From contig JBILLK010000019.1 in NCBI GenBank assembly GCA_044376115.1, forward strand, positions 32,001 through 96,000: a DNA stretch of 64,000 nt. Reading direction: 5' to 3'. Numbering within the stretch: position 1 is the first letter of the stretch; each line of letters opens with the position of its first letter. Position numbers and translations under genes: made by a program. Positions 1 through 9,237 of the stretch are shown here, piece by piece. This DNA comes from Polyangiaceae bacterium. Lineage in GTDB: Bacteria > Myxococcota_A > Polyangia > Polyangiales > Polyangiaceae. Under the pieces are notes generated by a model. That model was not told where the DNA came from. It did not search any database and worked only from the letters and a program-made list of their open reading frames with translations.

Positions 1-229
1 GGTCCTTGTCCGGGTTTGTGCCCGGGAGCACGAATCCTTCACGAAATCGTTCGGCGCTTCAATTGCGCGTCGACTGGCGATTCAACCGAAGGTTGATGCA
101 GCGAACAGAATGACTCGTGCCTTCTCGGAGAAGGACGGCCGAAGGCCCCGTTGGACCATCGACTTTGGCACGAGTCATTTTCGGTGAAGGATGCTGCGTG
201 CTCGGCACAAGCCATTGCAGGAGGTTCTT

Positions 230-823
230 ATGCGAACGTACTTGACTTGCTTGCTTTCAGTGGTCGCCGGCGTGGGGCTCTTGAGCGGATGCGAACAAGA
301 GTCGGAGATTGAGTCGATTGGGCTTTCGCTGCGGCTGGCTGAAGATGCAGCTCTCGATGGCAGCGCACAGCCAAACGAGATTGCGCAGCCCGAGGGGCCG
401 AGCTTGAGCGTCGAGCCGGAGGGCAAGGTGCATTGGGTCGAGGTGGTGCAATGCACGGCTGACTACGGACCGTGTGTGCCGCAGGCGCTCGGGCCCTACC
501 GCATGTTCGATGCTGGCATCGTGGTTTGGGAAGCCGCGATGGGTGAGAACTTCTCAGACCAGTTTGACGATTTCATGCGCGGCCCGGCCGAGATTGAGGG
601 CCCGATCGTTTACGGGGAGCTACCTGAGCATGCGCGCTGGCAATCGGACGCGGCACCGCTCGAGGAAGGCGGTCTCTACGCCTTCAGCGTGTATCGAACG
701 CAGGCTTGCGATACCGATGACGTCCACTGCTTGAACATCGCGGCGGCGGGCGGCCTCTTCTTCACGGTCGAAGCTGGGCAGATCAAAGAGGTGCCACCGG
801 CGGTGGTCGAGGAGCTCGAATGA
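230..823 (+). CDS. Lipoprotein of unknown function (paralog 1 of a tandem pair)
   Basis: GGAGG at 220-224 before ATG 230; signal MRTYLTCLLSVVAGVGLLSGC ending in a lipobox; clear similarity to 840..1391. Confidence 0.8.
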   Translation: MRTYLTCLLSVVAGVGLLSGCEQESEIESIGLSLRLAEDAALDGSAQPNEIAQPEGPSLSVEPEGKVHWVEVVQCTADYGPCVPQALGPYRMFDAGIVVWEAAMGENFSDQFDDFMRGPAEIEGPIVYGELPEHARWQSDAAPLEEGGLYAFSVYRTQACDTDDVHCLNIAAAGGLFFTVEAGQIKEVPPAVVEELE

Positions 824-839
824 AGGGTAGATTGCGCGA

Positions 840-1391
840 ATGGCGGTAAAGCACGATCTCGCTGGGCTGCTCGCGGTTGGCATTGGCTTGCTGCCGGCGT
901 GCGCCCAGGACGCCTTCGAGGACAGCGACCCGGAGCAGATCTGGGTCGGCGTTACGATCGAGCAGCAAGGGGCGGGGTTCGAGCTTCAGATCGACACCGA
1001 CGTCCCGGTGCATGGGCTCGAGGTGTCGGAGTGTGAGGTTGTGGACGGGGATTGCACGCCGTACATCAGCTCGCAGTACCGCTACTTTGACTCGTCGACC
1101 TTGATTTGGGAGACGTCGATGGCTAGCGAAGAAGGCAGCTTTGGGCCGGCCATGACCGGAGAGCCGAAGATTGCTGGGCCCATTGTCTACGGCCAGCTGC
1201 CGGACAACGCTGGCTTTCAGAGTCAGGCCGTTCCGCTCAAAGAAGGGGGCCGTTACGTCGTCAACGTTTACCGAACCGCCGCGTGCTCAGACAGTACGTT
1301 CGACTGTCTCAGCACGGAGGCGGCCGGTGGCTTGTTCTTCGAGATCGTTGACGGCGAGCTGAACGAACTCGAGGCGGAAGTGGTCGAGTGA
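840..1391 (+). CDS. Lipoprotein of unknown function (paralog 2)
   Basis: Lipobox LLPAC; shares GPIVYG.LP, PL.EGG.Y...VYRT.AC and AAGGLFF motifs with the upstream gene. Confidence 0.8.
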   Translation: MAVKHDLAGLLAVGIGLLPACAQDAFEDSDPEQIWVGVTIEQQGAGFELQIDTDVPVHGLEVSECEVVDGDCTPYISSQYRYFDSSTLIWETSMASEEGSFGPAMTGEPKIAGPIVYGQLPDNAGFQSQAVPLKEGGRYVVNVYRTAACSDSTFDCLSTEAAGGLFFEIVDGELNELEAEVVE

Positions 1392-1415
1392 GCCTACGCA
1401 AGCCCTAGGGCCGCT

Positions 1416-2459
1416 TCACGGGCTTCGCGAGAAGTAGCAAGCACCCTCGGTGTTGAGAAAGGTCGCCTCGAGTGGATCGCGTGGTGTGGCGCTGGCGGAC
1501 CAGAGCGACGTGGCGGGATCCAGTGGGTCTGCCACGATGAGAAGCTTCAAGACATCGCCCTCTTGCACTCCCAGGTACAGCCACCTGCTATCGATTAAAA
1601 AGACCTGCACGAACCAGAACCAGCCGTTCTGTTCGTCGAGACGAAGCGTGTCTCCAAGCAAGATGGGAGCGTCGTCGCTGGGCCAGTAGGTGATTCCTTC
1701 GTTGACGAAACTGAGCAGCTTCGGCGCGCCGCCTGCGCCCGCCCCGATCTCCATCTCGTTTTGGCCGACGAAGGGAAGTGGCAGGGGGTAGATCACGTCG
1801 CGTCCCACGAAGCACTCACCCTGCCACTTGCCCTCGAGCGTTCCGGTGGCTGGCGCCGGAGTCGGCGCTACCCGCTGCGCTTCGAGGGAGCTGAACGGAG
1901 GCTCGAAAGGTACATCCCCAGGGATCGGTGCCGAGCCCGGGATCACCTCCGCGGCACCCAGAATCAAGGAGCCCGCATCGATGGATCCACTCGCCCGATA
2001 GACGAGGCGCTTGCCCGCGCCGTCGGGATAGCAGAGGCCCACGGGCTCGCCGGCGCCACAGAAGCGCTCCGTGAGGCGCACCGTCAGCGCGCCTTCGGGG
2101 TCGATCTCGCCCTCGAAGTAGTAGGTTGGAGAGTCGAGGGTGCCGAGCTCGGTTTGCTCAAGATCGATGAAGCCGCGGACCGTTCCTTCGTGTTCGTACA
2201 CCACCGCGCGAACGGGCGAGACGCCGGTCTTGAGGAACTGCGTGCCCTCGACCGACGCGGAACCCACCCAGGTTCCGGTGACGAATGAGGGCTGCGTGCC
2301 ACCGCTGCCTGTGCTGCCAGAGGACGTCGTCGTGCTGGTGGAGCCCGAACCCCCACCACCGACCCCCGGGTCGCTATCCCCGCAGCTTGCGCATGCAACG
2401 GTCGCAACGAACGCGATACAAAATCCCAACGAAAAGGTGCCCTGAGTAGAAGCGGTCAT
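1416..2459 (-). CDS. Hypothetical lipoprotein with a Gly/Ser/Thr linker and two beta-rich repeats
   Basis: Signal ending CASCGD; GSTSTTTSSGSTG linker; repeated GTWVG/GKWQG starts. Confidence 0.7.
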   Translation of the reverse strand: MTASTQGTFSLGFCIAFVATVACASCGDSDPGVGGGGSGSTSTTTSSGSTGSGGTQPSFVTGTWVGSASVEGTQFLKTGVSPVRAVVYEHEGTVRGFIDLEQTELGTLDSPTYYFEGEIDPEGALTVRLTERFCGAGEPVGLCYPDGAGKRLVYRASGSIDAGSLILGAAEVIPGSAPIPGDVPFEPPFSSLEAQRVAPTPAPATGTLEGKWQGECFVGRDVIYPLPLPFVGQNEMEIGAGAGGAPKLLSFVNEGITYWPSDDAPILLGDTLRLDEQNGWFWFVQVFLIDSRWLYLGVQEGDVLKLLIVADPLDPATSLWSASATPRDPLEATFLNTEGACYFSRSP

Positions 2460-2568
2460 GCGTCGAAGCTAGTCCCGCGTTCTGTTACCGCAAGAAGAGT
2501 ATCTTTCGTATTCGTACAATCTACCTGGCAGATGTCGACCTCCGTGGATCGTTTCTGCTAGATATCCC

Positions 2569-3582
2569 GTGGTGGAAATCGAGCTACTCGCGAGTCAGTT
2601 GCTTCGATCTTTGCGCGGCAAGCGCTCGCAGCTCGCCTTCAGCCGTCGGCTCGGCCACCGGAGCAACGTCGCTTACGCCTGGGAGTCGGGGCGGCGCTTT
2701 CCCTTGGCCTCCGAGGTCGTGCTCGCGGCGGCGCTTGGAGGGGCCGACTTGAAGCGGATCCTATCGGTCCCGTTGTCGTCGACTCCCGCATGGATCCGGC
2801 GCGCAGATGCGAAGCGCCCGGACTGGGTGTCCGCGTTCCTATGCGCCCTCCGCGGCACGATGACCGTTCGCGCGTGGGCGAGCGACTCAGGGTGCAATCG
2901 CGTGTCGCTCGCACGCTGGATGAGCGGCAAAGCGGAGCCGCGCCTCCCGGACTTCTTGCGTCTGGTGTACGCCGCGGCGCCACGCAAGTTCTTCGATTGG
3001 CTCGCGACGTTCGTCGATGTTGCTCGGCTGCCCGCTGTGGCAGGTGAACTCCGCCGCCTCGACGCGCTTCGCCGGATCGCTCACGAGGCTCCGCTCAGCG
3101 AGGCGATCTTACGATTCCTCGAGCTTACCTCCCCGACCGAAGCACCTGCGAGAAGCCAGCCAGGCTTCATCGCAGATCAGCTCGGAATCTCGCTCGCGCA
3201 GGAAACGCAAGTGCTCGAAGCCTTGCGCCGCGCCGGCGTGATTCACCGCCGACGCGGACGCTGGCATATCGATCGCGAGCACGCCGTCGACACGAGCACG
3301 ATTCCGCGCGCCACGCTGCTTGGCCTCAAGTCATTCTGGCTCAGTCTCGCGGCGGGTCGTTGCGCACAAGGCACGCCCGGCGTCTTCTCGTACACTGTCT
3401 TTTCGGTATCGAGAGCTGACCTCGCTCGCCTCGAGCGCATGCAGGTCGAGCATTACGAGGCCATGCGCAGGGTCATTCGAGCATCATCCCCCTGCGAAGC
3501 CGTTGGTTTTGCAGGCGTTCAGCTCTTCTCGCTCAGCCGTTCGGAAGACGGCGTTTCACTTCCTCCGACGACGAGCGAATAG
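2569..3582 (+). CDS. DUF4423-like protein with two XRE-type HTH domains (putative regulator)
   Basis: SQLAFSRRLGHRSNVAYAWESGRRFP and VSLARWMSGKAEPRLPDFLRL HTH segments; C-terminal FSYTVFSVS...QLF. Confidence 0.7.
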   Translation: MVEIELLASQLLRSLRGKRSQLAFSRRLGHRSNVAYAWESGRRFPLASEVVLAAALGGADLKRILSVPLSSTPAWIRRADAKRPDWVSAFLCALRGTMTVRAWASDSGCNRVSLARWMSGKAEPRLPDFLRLVYAAAPRKFFDWLATFVDVARLPAVAGELRRLDALRRIAHEAPLSEAILRFLELTSPTEAPARSQPGFIADQLGISLAQETQVLEALRRAGVIHRRRGRWHIDREHAVDTSTIPRATLLGLKSFWLSLAAGRCAQGTPGVFSYTVFSVSRADLARLERMQVEHYEAMRRVIRASSPCEAVGFAGVQLFSLSRSEDGVSLPPTTSE

Positions 3583-3642
3583 GTCATCCGTTCGGCTGCA
3601 GAGCGATCCACGATCACGGAAGAGAAGAAGAGTGCGGGCTCG

Positions 3643-4128
3643 TTACTTCTTTGCCTCGAGCACCGTCCACACCTTGCCGAGCGCCTCGCAAGACTCCTTG
3701 GGCTCGCCGACGGGGGGCTTGTACGAGTAGTCGCTCACGTAGTTCGCGCCCGGCTCTTTCGGGTCGCACTTGCCCATGACGGTCTCGCTGGTGCACGGGG
3801 TTGCGGCGGCGGCGAACGTGCCCCCTTCCTTTTTGCATTCCTCCTCGGCCTTGGCCGGAACTTCACCGTGGTACTCGCTGCAGCTAAGGATGCGCGCGCC
3901 CATCTTGGTGGTGCAGGTCGCGACGACGGCGGCATTGCCTGCGGGGGCTGCGGCGCTCGCGGAAGGAGCGGCGGTGGTGGCGGCGGGAGCCGCTGAGGGC
4001 TTGGCCGAGGTGGCGGGTTTGGCGCTGCCGCTGGCGGCCGACTTGGCGCTACCGCTGCTCGCGGTGGAACCCGCATCAGCGGAGCAAGCAGCGAGCAAGA
4101 GCGCAAGAGACGTGAGGTACATTCGCAT
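3643..4128 (-). CDS. Small Cys-rich lipoprotein with an Ala/Ser/Pro stalk
   Basis: MRMYLTSLALLLAACS lipobox; C-terminal domain with 6 Cys. Confidence 0.7.
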   Translation of the reverse strand: MRMYLTSLALLLAACSADAGSTASSGSAKSAASGSAKPATSAKPSAAPAATTAAPSASAAAPAGNAAVVATCTTKMGARILSCSEYHGEVPAKAEEECKKEGGTFAAAATPCTSETVMGKCDPKEPGANYVSDYSYKPPVGEPKESCEALGKVWTVLEAKK

Positions 4129-4199
4129 GGCGCCGCTGGTACCACGCCGCCGGAAGCACCACAAACCGTTCCGTGCGTCCGTTCGCACGCTGGCTGGCG

Positions 4200-5609
4200 C
4201 TAGAGCTCGGTTGAACTCTCGGCTTCGTCGGCGGTTGCCGCGGCTCCCTTCGTCTCCGCCTCGCTGAGCAGCAGCCGACCAAGCCCGATCCCGGCCACAC
4301 CTGCGATCACGCTGGCGGCGAGCACGCCGAGCTTTGCCGCGGCGAGCAGCGCAGGATCGCTGAAGGCGAGCTGCGCGATGAACAGCGCCATGGTGAAGCC
4401 CACGCCGGCGACGACTCCGAGTACGACCAAGTGCCGCTGACTGAGCCCTGCCGGAAGCGTCCCTACGCCCAGGCGCAAGGTGAGCCAGCTGGCCGTGAAT
4501 ACGCCCACCGCTTTGCCGACGATCAGCCCCACCATCACAGCCGCGAACACGGTCCACGCGGCGTCCCCTTGCATGCCGCCGCTAACACTCACGCCAGCGT
4601 TGGCCAAGGCGAAGATCGGCATGATGCAGTAGGCCACCCATGGGTGCAGCGCCTCGATCAGGCTCTCGGCCGGGGCCATCGCGCCACGGCGCGCGAGGTC
4701 CACTTGTTTGAGCGTGCCGGCGAGCTCATGCGAACTCAGTGAAGCCGGCCCCAGCGTCGCGAGATGGGCCAGCTCGCGCTGGGCGCTCTCGAGGAAACCG
4801 TCGGGCCCGAGCGGCGCCCGCACCGGGGTCATCAGGCCAATCAATACGCCGGCGATGGTTGGGTGAATCCCAGCCGAGTAGACGCCGGCCCAGGCGACTA
4901 GCGCCGGCGCGATGTAGAGCGCGCGTGAGCGGATGCCGAAGCGTTGCATCACGAAGATCCCTGCGAAGCCTGCGGCCGCTACCAGCAGCCCGCTGGGTTC
5001 GACCCCGGCGCTATAGAAGAGGGCGATCACCACGATCGCGCCCAGGTCGTCAATCACGGCCAGCGCCAGGAGCAACACCCGTAAGGCCGGTGGTACGCGC
5101 TTGCCCAAGAGCGCGAGGATGCCCACCGCGAAGGCGATGTCGGTGGCCATCGGCACACCCCAGCCGCTGCGAGTTTGCGGCGCCCCAGCGATCGCCGTGT
5201 ACAGCGCCGCAGGGACCAACATTCCGCCCAGCGCGGCCGCAGCCGGGAGCGCCGCCCTTCGCCACTCCGAGAGCTCGCCGTGATGAACCTCGCGGCGGAT
5301 CTCCATGCCCACCACGAAGAAGAAGATCACCATCAGCCCGTCGTTGACCACCCACTCGAGCGGACGTTCGAAGCTGAAGTTGCCAACGCGAAGGCCGAGC
5401 GGCGTATGCCAGAGTTGCAGGTAGCTTTCGCGCCACGGTGAGTTGGCCCATATCAACGCCACGGCGGCGGCGACCAACAGCACGATGCCGCTCGCGGCCT
5501 GAATGGCCAAGAAGCGCTCGAGCGGCCTTGCGGCAAAGCGCGCCAGGCGCAATAGCGGCTCCCAGGCCTCGGGCGTGGGCGGCAGCTTGATCGGGGTATC
5601 TTTGGACAA
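4200..5609 (-). CDS. nhaA: Na+/H+ antiporter NhaA
   Basis: WVVNDGLMVIFFFVVGMEIRRE, GWGVPMATDIAFA, LAVIDDLGAI and GVGFTMALFIA motifs; TTG start at 5609 with upstream GGAG. Confidence 0.95.
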   Translation of the reverse strand: MSKDTPIKLPPTPEAWEPLLRLARFAARPLERFLAIQAASGIVLLVAAAVALIWANSPWRESYLQLWHTPLGLRVGNFSFERPLEWVVNDGLMVIFFFVVGMEIRREVHHGELSEWRRAALPAAAALGGMLVPAALYTAIAGAPQTRSGWGVPMATDIAFAVGILALLGKRVPPALRVLLLALAVIDDLGAIVVIALFYSAGVEPSGLLVAAAGFAGIFVMQRFGIRSRALYIAPALVAWAGVYSAGIHPTIAGVLIGLMTPVRAPLGPDGFLESAQRELAHLATLGPASLSSHELAGTLKQVDLARRGAMAPAESLIEALHPWVAYCIMPIFALANAGVSVSGGMQGDAAWTVFAAVMVGLIVGKAVGVFTASWLTLRLGVGTLPAGLSQRHLVVLGVVAGVGFTMALFIAQLAFSDPALLAAAKLGVLAASVIAGVAGIGLGRLLLSEAETKGAAATADEAESSTEL

Positions 5610-5640
5610 GGCTGGCTCCGCCGGAGTTGAGCTCCAGCAC

Positions 5641-5690
5641 CGATGGCGGCCCGACCATCGCTTGTCCTGCAGCCGAGGCTGCACCCTGCG
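5641..5690 (-). promoter_or_regulatory. nhaA-I motif riboswitch candidate (Li+/Na+-sensing class)
   Basis: Minus strand CGCAGGGTG-CAGC-CTCG-GCTG-CAGGACAAG-CGATGG-TCGGGCCG-CCATCG: two hairpins with GGGUG and GGUCGGGCCGCC as recalled for nhaA-I, about 30 nt upstream of nhaA. Confidence 0.72.
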
Positions 5691-5814
5691 TCCACTGTGG
5701 ACCCTCAGACAGTCTCACAACCGCGTGGTTCGGTCGACCGTTACCGTACGGCGCCCGCCGATTCCGCCGAGCTGCCGGTTCCCACCGAAGGTGGGTGCAG
5801 CAAAGAGAATCTCC

Positions 5815-7419
5815 TCAGGCTTTTCGGTAATGATCGACGACTTTGTAACGGCTCGCATAGGCGCCGAAGGCGAGCGCCGCGACGAAAGCGAAGCCGGCAA
5901 AGAAGAACATCAAGAAGGCCGTCATGCTCATGCCCGACGAGGCCTGCGCCCAAGCGGAGAAGCTCTCGCTCTTGACGCTGGAGTTGGCGAGCAGCACCCA
6001 CAGGTTGCCGATGGTGACGCTCAAGCTCCAGAAGCTCATCAGCGCGCCCTTCATGGCCGGCGGTGCTTGCGAATAGGCGAACTCGAGGCCGGTGGCCGAG
6101 ACCAGCACTTCACCGAAGGTGAGCAGCGCGTAGGGCAGGATTTGCCAGGTGATGCTGATCGGCGTGCCTCCGTCGATCGAAAGCTGCATGAAGCCGATCA
6201 CGATCCACGCGAGCCCAGCGAAGGCGATGCCTGCGGTCATTCTGCGCAAAGGGCGCGGCTCGATGCCGAGCTTGCGCAGGAGCGGGTAGAGCACGAGGTT
6301 GTTGAACGGCAAGAGGCCCATCACCAGCGCCGGGTTGAGCGCCTGCATTTGGGAGGGCTGGAACCACTCCGGCTTGGTCATCGCGTCGGCTTGGAGCACC
6401 CAGGTGGAGGCCTTCTGATCGAAAAGCGACCAGAACGGAGTGACCAACATGAACAACACCAACAGGCGCAACACGGCGCGCACGCCCTCGACCGCTTCTT
6501 CAGGATGGCGGCTGCGCGCCCCACCGATTTGTAGCCAGGTGCCCAGCCCGCCGAGCCCAACCAGCGAGACGATCGCCAAACAGAAGCAAGAGACGAAGCC
6601 GAGGGGCTTGATGAAGAGGAACGTTCCCAGCGCCAACACCGCACCGAGCGCAGCCAGACCGGTTCCCAGCCCGAAGCCTGAACCGGTAAGGGCGCTCCAA
6701 CAAACGTTGGCGAAAGAGTGCGGGTTTTTCCCAGCGGGCGGCTCGTGGATGTAGCGCCCGCGGCCGAGCCAAAACACCAGCGTGGCTATCAGCATCAGGA
6801 TGCCCGGCACGCCAAAAGCGACGCTCGCGTTGTAGCGTTTGAGCAGCACCGGCATCAGCAACGAGGCGAAGAAGGAGCCGAAGTTGATAATCCAGTAAAA
6901 CGCGTCAAAGACGAACTTCGCCAGGTGCTTGTTGCTCTGATCGAACTGATCTCCGACGAAGGAAGAGACGCACGGCTTGATGCCGCCCGAGCCCAGCGCG
7001 ATCAGGAACAGGCCGGCAAAGAAGCCGTTGCGGTTGTTCTCGAAGGCGGCCAAAAAACCGTGGCCAACGCAATAGACCAGGCTCAAGTAGAGGATCGTGC
7101 GGTACTTGCCCAGGAACCGATCGGCCAGCCAGCCGCCGAGCAGCGGGAAGAAATAAACGCCGATCACGAAGGTGTGAAAGACGTCTTTGGATGCGGCTTT
7201 GCGCGCTACCTCATCCCCGAGCACGCCCAGGATCGCCGACGAGACCAGGAACTGCGTCAGGATGTTGCGCATCCCGTAGAAGCTGAAACGCTCGCAGCCT
7301 TCATTGCCGATGATGAAGGGGATCTGCGGCGGCAACTTGGCGTTGGGCGCGGTGGCGATGGCCGTGGGGGAGTTCACCCGGCGTTCTTCCGATCGCTGCG
7401 GCGGGCTGGCAAGAGACAT
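5815..7419 (-). CDS. POT/PTR-family proton-dependent oligopeptide transporter
   Basis: IGNEGCERFSFYGMR (ExxERFxYY-like), GGWLADRFLG, GSGGIKPCVS, FYWIINFGS and EFAYSQAP motifs. Confidence 0.92.
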   Translation of the reverse strand: MSLASPPQRSEERRVNSPTAIATAPNAKLPPQIPFIIGNEGCERFSFYGMRNILTQFLVSSAILGVLGDEVARKAASKDVFHTFVIGVYFFPLLGGWLADRFLGKYRTILYLSLVYCVGHGFLAAFENNRNGFFAGLFLIALGSGGIKPCVSSFVGDQFDQSNKHLAKFVFDAFYWIINFGSFFASLLMPVLLKRYNASVAFGVPGILMLIATLVFWLGRGRYIHEPPAGKNPHSFANVCWSALTGSGFGLGTGLAALGAVLALGTFLFIKPLGFVSCFCLAIVSLVGLGGLGTWLQIGGARSRHPEEAVEGVRAVLRLLVLFMLVTPFWSLFDQKASTWVLQADAMTKPEWFQPSQMQALNPALVMGLLPFNNLVLYPLLRKLGIEPRPLRRMTAGIAFAGLAWIVIGFMQLSIDGGTPISITWQILPYALLTFGEVLVSATGLEFAYSQAPPAMKGALMSFWSLSVTIGNLWVLLANSSVKSESFSAWAQASSGMSMTAFLMFFFAGFAFVAALAFGAYASRYKVVDHYRKA

Positions 7420-7468
7420 GACTCCCGATTCGCTGAGGAAGCGAAGCTCGAGTAGGCTCCGCAGCCTG

Positions 7469-8293
7469 ATGCGGGCCTCCCTCGCGACCGTCGCCCTATG
7501 CGCGATCAGCTGCGGCTCTGAGCAGGCCGGCGCGCCAGCGCGGTCGGCGGAACTCGGCGCAACCAGCGCCAGCGCGACCGGCTCGAGCGAGGTGCCGGTC
7601 TTGGCGCCGGTGCGCAACGCCGAAGCGGAGGCGCTCGCGCTCGCTCCCTTCGACCCAGCGCTGAGCGACAGCGCCGAGCGCTTGCGCCGCGTAGAGCGTG
7701 CCTTCGTGCTGTGTGCGGCGCCGCGTGTGGCCGCGATGCAACCGGCCGATCCCAAGGCTGAAAGCCCGCCCAGCCCGAGCACCGCTTTGCTGTGCAGCCG
7801 TGAAACGTTGTCGAAGTTGCACCTGCTGCGCGCCAACGACTGGGCCACCGCGAACGGCGCTGCAGCAGTGCAAGAGTTCACCTGGGCGCTCGACTACGAT
7901 CCCGACATCTTGGTCGCGCCGGACGAGCCGCAGGCGGTCTTGCAGGCCTTCGCTAGCGCAAAAGCCGAACGTCCAGCGCGTGTGCGACGCGGCCCGGTGA
8001 GCGTCTCGGCAGGCAAGTCGGAGCAGCTGCTCGGGGCCGAGCTCGACAAGCTGACGGCCCACCTCACGGCCTGTTATCGCGTCGGTCTAGCGACCCAACC
8101 TAGCTTGGAGGGCCAGCTCGATCTGGTCGTGCGCTTGGGCCAAACCGAGGGCGAGCGCGTTTCGCTGACGGGGGCGATCGAGCATGAAGGCGTGAAGCGC
8201 TGCTTTGCCGACGTGGTTCGGCGGGCGATGGTAGATCGCCGACAAGGGCCCTCGTTCAGCGCCAGCTTCAGCTTCACGTTGTCGCGCGGCTAG
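7469..8293 (+). CDS. Lipoprotein with an AgmX/PglI-like (TonB-C-like) C-terminal domain
   Basis: Lipobox CAISC; LTACYRVGLATQPSLEGQL...CFADVV pattern. Confidence 0.6.
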   Translation: MRASLATVALCAISCGSEQAGAPARSAELGATSASATGSSEVPVLAPVRNAEAEALALAPFDPALSDSAERLRRVERAFVLCAAPRVAAMQPADPKAESPPSPSTALLCSRETLSKLHLLRANDWATANGAAAVQEFTWALDYDPDILVAPDEPQAVLQAFASAKAERPARVRRGPVSVSAGKSEQLLGAELDKLTAHLTACYRVGLATQPSLEGQLDLVVRLGQTEGERVSLTGAIEHEGVKRCFADVVRRAMVDRRQGPSFSASFSFTLSRG

Positions 8294-8295
8294 GC

Positions 8296-9021
8296 TCAGA
8301 ACCAGGTCTCGAACAGACCGCGGTCCACTTCGACGCCGTGCAAGGTGAGCGAAATACGCGCGCGCTCGCCGCGAAAGGGGCGGATCTGATGGAGTCGGAA
8401 GGAGCTCATCAAAAGCGCGTCCCCTGCGGCGTAAGCAATGGTTTGCGTTGGGGCGGTGCGTTGGGCATCGCTCGGCTCCTCGCTGCCCGCGTACATCGCG
8501 TCGTAAAGGCGCAAACCGCCGCCCCACGTGGGCGGTTGCAGCATCACCACCAGCGACAGAGAGCGCGCCTTGCGAGCAAGGTACAAAGGCGAAAGACCCT
8601 CGACGTCGAAATGGACGACGCCTCCTTTGCGCGCGACCAAGCCGCCGGGTTCAAAAATGTGTGCGCCCGCCGAGCAGAAGCCCGGCCGGGGCCGGACTTG
8701 GGCGCGCGCCATGGTGCTGAACAGGTCGCGCATCCACGATTGCATGCCCGGCAGCCGCGCCTCGACCGCAGCGTCCGAGCGCTCGGCCTGGTCGAAGTAG
8801 AGCTTGGCCCGCTCGGTCTCGTAGTGGGTGTAAAACGCGCGGCCGAGCGAGAACTGATCGCCGCCAAAGTCTTTGGTCCAACTGCGTCGCGAGGCCAGAA
8901 CCCGCTTCGTAAAGCCAGCTGCACGCTCGGCCGAGAGCGCGCCGCGAGCGAGCAGCACCTGCTGCTCGAAGTCGCACTCAGGCACTTCGGCGGTTGTGGC
9001 TCGATAGCGGACGATCTGCAT
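8296..9021 (-). CDS. 2-oxoglutarate/Fe(II)-dependent oxygenase
   Basis: HFD (HxD), LQPPTWGGGLRL, GDALL...LHQI and RISL (RxS) motifs. Confidence 0.75.
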   Translation of the reverse strand: MQIVRYRATTAEVPECDFEQQVLLARGALSAERAAGFTKRVLASRRSWTKDFGGDQFSLGRAFYTHYETERAKLYFDQAERSDAAVEARLPGMQSWMRDLFSTMARAQVRPRPGFCSAGAHIFEPGGLVARKGGVVHFDVEGLSPLYLARKARSLSLVVMLQPPTWGGGLRLYDAMYAGSEEPSDAQRTAPTQTIAYAAGDALLMSSFRLHQIRPFRGERARISLTLHGVEVDRGLFETWF

Positions 9022-9237
9022 CGGTGCGAAGCGTTCCTCTGTGCGACGGCCAGGCTGCGGTCACAACCCCGAAGCCACTGGTCGCGCGATCTCCCGTTCC
9101 GTCAGCGTCACCGCGGCCGCGTTGCCGCGGACCAAGCTGGATTTGGCGGCCCTGTTGCCGCTTCGCCGACCCGCATCCGCACGGAAGTCGCCGCATTGCT
9201 TGGCATAGGACGGTTTATTCGGTTCAATGCGTCGCGA

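Noticed and set aside
82..181. Retron msr-msd or integron attC site
   Set aside because: Too short, no reverse transcriptase or integrase in the window, and no RYYYAAC/GTTRRRY ends
201..220. Sigma54 promoter CGGCACAAGCCATTGC
   Set aside because: GG to GC spacing is 11 nt rather than the required 10
7420..7881. Long N-terminal ORF extensions (POT transporter; also 8338..9237, 57712..57954, 60883..61227, 63463..63876)
   Set aside because: They overlap other genes or regulatory DNA, and family homology begins at the downstream starts used
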